From positions 156,488,001-156,552,000 of the forward strand of contig OX597817.1 of the NCBI GenBank assembly GCA_951406725.2: a DNA stretch of 64,000 nt. Reading direction: 5' to 3'. The stretch comes from Octopus vulgaris. Taxonomy: Eukaryota. Below, piece by piece: positions 1 to 64,000 of the stretch. The notes beneath the pieces were generated by a model. The model ran no database searches, was not told where the DNA came from, and saw only the letters and a list, made by a program, of their open reading frames with translations. The position numbers were made by a program, and so were the translations under genes. Every line of letters begins with the position of its first letter. Position 1 is the first letter of the stretch.

Positions 1-9
1 ATACATATA

Positions 10-175
10 TACGACAGGCTTCTTTCAGTTTCCGTCTACCAAATCCACTCACAAGGCTTTGGTCGGCCCGGGGCTATAGCAGAAGACACTTGCCCAAGAT
101 GCCACGCAGTGGGACTGAACCCGGAACTATGTGGTTGGTTAGCAAGCTGCTTACTACACAGCCACTCCTGCGCCT
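10..175 (-). mobile_element. tRNA-head SINE family A, 5' part
   Basis: Near-identical to copies at ~9975-10251, ~23830-24204, ~40493-40878 and ~60362-60770; an older copy lies at ~3575-3740. Confidence 0.85.
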
Positions 176-597
176 TGCAGACATTCTGGAATTCTTATAC
201 CACCTAGCCCTCACCACCAAAATTTCGGGCCGTATGCCTATAGTAGAAAGGATTATTATTTTTGTTATTATTTATTTAATTATAAATTACTGAACCAATG
301 GCTGTATGAGTGTCTGAGGTTCATGTATTCATTAGATCACTGTACTCTGGTTTCTCATTCATAAAAATTGGGTTTTCCCTATGAATCAATAACAGTAGTA
401 ACATTTATGGTGACAATGGCAATGATGGTAGTAGCTGTTGTGTAATAGTAGTGGTAGTGGTAGATGCTGTAGTGTTAATGATATAATATTTGGTGATGGT
501 AGTAATGTTTGGTAGTAGTAATTGCAGTAATTAGTAATACTATTCAAAATAACTCAGAACCTATCTGCTCTTATATGAATGAATGACATTGTCCTTC

Positions 598-1276
598 TTA
601 ACCCTTTAGCATAATATTTATCTGTTCAAAGTGTTTTGAATTAATCATGCATTGTCTCATAGCTTTTGAGATTTTAATGGTGTCATCATCATCATCATCA
701 TCATCATCGTTTAACGTCCGTTTTCCGCGCTAGCACGGGTTGGACGGTTTGACCGGGGTCTGGGAAGCCAGAGGCCTCTCCAGGCTCCAGTCTGATCTGG
801 CAGAGTTTCTACGGCTGGATGCCCTTCCTAACGCCAACCACTCCGCGAGTGGATTGGGTGCTTTTTACGTGCCACCTGCACAGGGGCCGGGGGTCCGGCA
901 TCGGTCACGATCGGTTCGAGCTTTTTCTAGAGTTGAGTTGGGGGGGGTCTAGCTGAGAAAGGTTCCACCAGTGGAAAGAGAGGGAGAGATAGTGGGGGGG
1001 TGCAGGTAATAAATGGAAGCACCAGTGGGGAAGGTTGGGTAAGGAGGAACGATGACAAGGAAAGGGTTGGTGCAGAAGAAATAAAAACGTAGGATATCAC
1101 GAGACAGGGTGGGGGACTGGAAGGAGATGGTCAGATTAAGGCAGTGCCAGATTGATTATATATTTTTAGAATGAAATTGTAGGGTAAGTGTGAGAAACTG
1201 GATCTAGCTGATTTGATCGTAAAATGAGTAGAATAAATGGTGCTGTGTTTAGCCAGTTCAAATGCTAAAGGGTTAA
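598..1276. mobile_element. TTAA-flanked MITE (piggyBac-like ends) interrupted by a SINE family C insertion
   Basis: ttaaccctttagcat ... atgctaaagggttaa terminal inverted repeats; an uninterrupted copy lies at 11589..11817. Confidence 0.7.
683..915 (-). mobile_element. SINE family C ((GAT)n tail, RTE-type 3' end)
   Basis: (cat)n cgtttaacgtccg...ggatgcccttcctaacgccaaccactcc; many copies in the window. Confidence 0.85.
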
Positions 1277-1574
1277 TCACTCTTTCGTGCATGTTCATTC
1301 TGTAGCATTTCCATATGCACCTATATGTGTATAGATGTATTAATACATTTTCTAGGTGTATGAATTTGGTGTGTGATGGTGCTGTAAATAAATAGTTATA
1401 TGCTGTACCTTATACAGGCACATTCATAACAAATTTACATATACACACACACATTAGTACCTCACTTTATGAGACCCCAAGTTTATAAGCTTTTACAAAT
1501 TTTATTTTCTGTTTATGAGTTTTTGCTTGATAAGCATTCTCAGGGAATCAATTAACTCGTTAACTCATATATCA

Positions 1575-1823
1575 AGGCAGTGGCATGTAAACTTGTGCCG
1601 GTGGCATGTAAAAAGCACCATCCAATCGTGGCCATTTGCCAGCCTCGTCTGGCACGTAAAAGCACCCACTACACTGACGGAGTGGTTGGCGTTAGGAAGG
1701 GCATCCAGCCGTAGAAACACTGTCAGATCAGACTGGACCTGGTGCAGCCTTCTGGCTTCCCAGACCCCAGTTGAACCGTCCAACCCATGCTAGCATGGAA
1801 AGCAGACTCTAAATGATGATGAT
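1575..1823 (+). mobile_element. SINE family C
   Basis: ggttggcgttaggaagggcatccagccgtagaaac...(gat)n tail; reverse complement of the 683..915 copy. Confidence 0.85.
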
Positions 1824-2046
1824 ATATAAGGAACTTTCCATCCATTAGAATGTAAATGAATATATGTCAATTTTGCCCTAAAGAGATTTTTACCTTTTAA
1901 ATTCATAATGCAGTTTTAATTGTAAAATATGAAGATGGTAAGAAATTAGAGCATGCATAGGCAAAATAAAATTGACTATTATATAAATGAATAGATTTTT
2001 TTTTTGTATTCACACTCTCCATTTTCTTTATATATATATATATATA

Positions 2047-2330
2047 TCACGTGACCGACCAGTCCATCAGATGTAGTTACACATTGCTGGTCACAATGCG
2101 TTTGCATTGTTTTAGCCTTCGAATGACGCCACCCTGCTGGCTAAGCGAGCAGGCCAACAGAGGAAAGAGTGGGAGAAAGAGTGGTGAAAGAGTACAGCAG
2201 GGATCACCACCCCCTGCCGGAGCCTCGTGGAGCTTTTAGGTGTTTTCGCTCAATAAACACACACAACGCCTGGTCTGGGAATCGAAACCGCGAGTCCGTT
2301 GCCTTAACCACTGGGCCATTGCGCCTCCAC
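2047..2330 (-). mobile_element. SINE with a family B tRNA-like head and a different tail
   Basis: Head matches family B; the tail recurs alone at ~43685-43810; embedded in (TA)n. Confidence 0.75.
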
Positions 2331-4185
2331 ATATATATATATATATATATATATACAAAATAATCCCAAACTGGTCAAAAAAAATTCGGAGACAAGTGAA
2401 GGAGCAACAAACAAACAAGGTTTATTAGTTTGACACTCAGGGAAAATGGAAGTCTTTGATGTTTCAAGCCTATGCTCTTCTACAGAAAGGAATGGGGGAG
2501 AAAAAACAGATAGAGAGAGGAAAAGGAAAGAAAGAAAATATATGTCTGAATTAACAATTGTACATGTTGAATCTGTTTGTATGTGTGTGCGTCTGTATGT
2601 ATACACATACACGCACATATTATTTATAGTACCACTTTCTACTAATTCTGAAAAAAAAAACAACAGTTGGTTGGTCAGTCTGGATTTGTGAACTAAAACC
2701 TCAAGCCAACCAAAGCTGTGCGACAGAAACTAAAAGAAGCTTGTCTTGCATGTGTGTGAGTGTGTGTGTATTTATGTATAAATAATATGCTTACACACAC
2801 GTGAGTTTGTGTGTAGGTGTCTCCTTGTCTTGACATCACCAATAGTTGATATAAATAATGTCCTTCATTTCCAATCTTCTGTGAAAACACATTTGGCCAT
2901 AAGTAAGAATTAACTGTATTTAGAACAGGTGAAGATTGGTAGCAGAAACAGCTTCTGGCTGTAGAAAATCTGCTTTCATGAAATACATCCAACCTATGGG
3001 AAAGTGGATGTTATAATTATGATAGTCCATTTTCTAATGAGGAATGTTTCTTCCAGAGAAGTGATTTGATCTCAGCAGATTATTAGTCCTTAATGATCTT
3101 TGAGTAGTAGAATGTATAATTAATGCTAATTTAAAATTTCGACATTGAAATCCCAAAACTCATTGCATTCAATCATTCAGCTATGCTGTATTTGATGCTA
3201 ATTATTATTGCCACAGAAACTAATTATGTTGTTGATGGTAATGATGATGATGATGTAGTGATGAAAAATTTAGAGATCATAATTAGAGAAATCCACTTCT
3301 TTCAGAGAGACTGGAGCTGTTGATCTAGAGACTTGTTGAAGCTATAGGTGAAGCATTTCCATGAACAGCTGTGTCTATCAAGCTGGGTGATTTTATGTCT
3401 TTGTTAATTTGTGTGAATATATATTCATCTACCTATATATATAATGTTGCCAGTGCCACTGGCACATAAAAAGCACCATTCGAGCATGATTGTTGCCAGT
3501 GACGCCTGATTGGCCCTCATGATGGTGGCACATAAAAAGCACCCACTACACCCTTGACAAGGAGATAGTAACACACATACATACAATGGCTTTCTTTCAG
3601 TTCTCATCTACCAGATCCACTGGTAAGGCTTTGGTCAGCATGGAACTATAGAAGACACTTGCCCCAGGTCTCCTGCATTGGGACTGAACCCAAAACCATG
3701 TGGTTGAGAAGCATAATTTCTTACCACAAAGCCACACTTCTATATATTCAAGAGGGGAATAAAACAGGAGATACTGTTTGTTTTGTTTTTCTTTAATAGT
3801 GACATCATGAATTACATAATCTTTACATGTGTTTCACTTGCAAATACATGTACATTATGTAGTAATCATTATGTAGACAGTTTCATAATCACACTGAAAA
3901 GCCAGATCTTCAGAAGAAAATACTCATTTAGTCCATTGTTATTTATCGGCCTCCAACAGAAAATCAGAAGATAAATTATGTTTAGTACATGTTTGGAATT
4001 TAGATATACACAGATGTATATTAAGTTGTATGTATTTCTAACCATTATGCTATTTCATTCAAAATAGCAAGTCTTCACTACATATGTATGTATGTATTTG
4101 TTTTTTTATGCAACCATAAACATATATGTTTTTTGTGTATATTTTGATCAGTTAGTATAACTAAGTTTCATATTATCTTTTTCAG

Positions 4186-63419
<59,234 letters not shown>

Positions 63420-63455
63420 GTATGTTAAACACAGCTTGTCTTTCCTATATATTTA

Positions 63456-63660
63456 CACCTATATTAATAAGAGAAAAATTCTGCCTGGCCGGCCGGCCGT
63501 CTCTCCGTCTGTTCGTCTGTTCGTCTGTCTGTCTGTCCGTCCGTCCGTCCGTCTGTCTGTCTGTCTGGGACTCCTGTATCTCAGCCTATATTTGCTCTAC
63601 ATAGACATGTTATACTTTTTTGGAACCAGGATGATCCCACAGTTGAAAATCTGCCCCTCA
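63456..63660 (+). mobile_element. Probable Helitron/Helentron-associated element 5' end
   Basis: ctatattaataagagaaaaatt followed by a (GTCC)n(GTCT)n microsatellite, a layout typical of DINE/HINE-like elements; 3' end not identified. Confidence 0.4.
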
Positions 63661-64000
63661 GCTGGTTCTTGAACATCCAGCATTGGGCTCTGATTTAAAA
63701 GCATTTGGGTTACTATTTCTAACCGGTAAAGCTTGGCTGATTCATGCCATCTTGGTTGGCGTTTGTCAGACGACATCAGAGATCAGGGGTGAGATGAATG
63801 ACATTTACTTCATTTAATTTTATGTCGAGATAAGAACTTTGGGACAAATTGGCCAACAGTTGGAATTCAACTTGGTACTGGAACAATAGAATGATTGCAT
63901 TACAGAATTAATTCTCATCTGTCCTTAACCACTGATCACACACCACCAGGGCATATAGTCATTATAGACATACACTAGTCATGTTATTTGACTCCCTTTA

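Noticed and set aside
2452-2490. Minus-strand CTGTAGA AGAGC-atag-GCTT GAAAC, hammerhead-like
   Set aside because: The core deviates from CUGANGA and stems I/III are not convincing; at most a decayed Penelope-type motif.

Overview
AT-rich animal genomic DNA full of microsatellites and SINEs. The repeat families point to a coleoid cephalopod, most likely Octopus (inference). The whole window lies inside one + strand gene, a canonical ankyrin (ANK2/ANK3/unc-44 type). I traced 18 GT-AG exons (4186..63419, 2239 nt) that splice into one open frame encoding ANK repeats 3-24 plus the start of the linker. Repeats 1-2 and the ZU5/UPA/death domains lie outside the window. Almost all ORFs in the supplied track are spurious, derived from repeats. 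The introns hold several SINE families (many with TSDs), 3' fragments of RTE and CR1/L2-group LINEs, hAT, mariner and TTAA-type MITEs, non-autonomous Helitrons and palindromic elements. Most notable: (1) a candidate in-frame 30-nt microexon (15316..15345, SGGLVNDTTK) at the same position as the MMVNRTTE insert of vertebrate ANK2, with neural-microexon-type cis elements; (2) an apparently intact type I hammerhead ribozyme on the minus strand inside a fold-back element (13442..13492), plus decayed sense-strand hammerhead-like copies; (3) several long intronic hairpins that are candidate ADAR or miRNA substrates; (4) a candidate recursive (AG|GT) splice site. Repeat boundaries were read by eye and are approximate unless a TSD is quoted.
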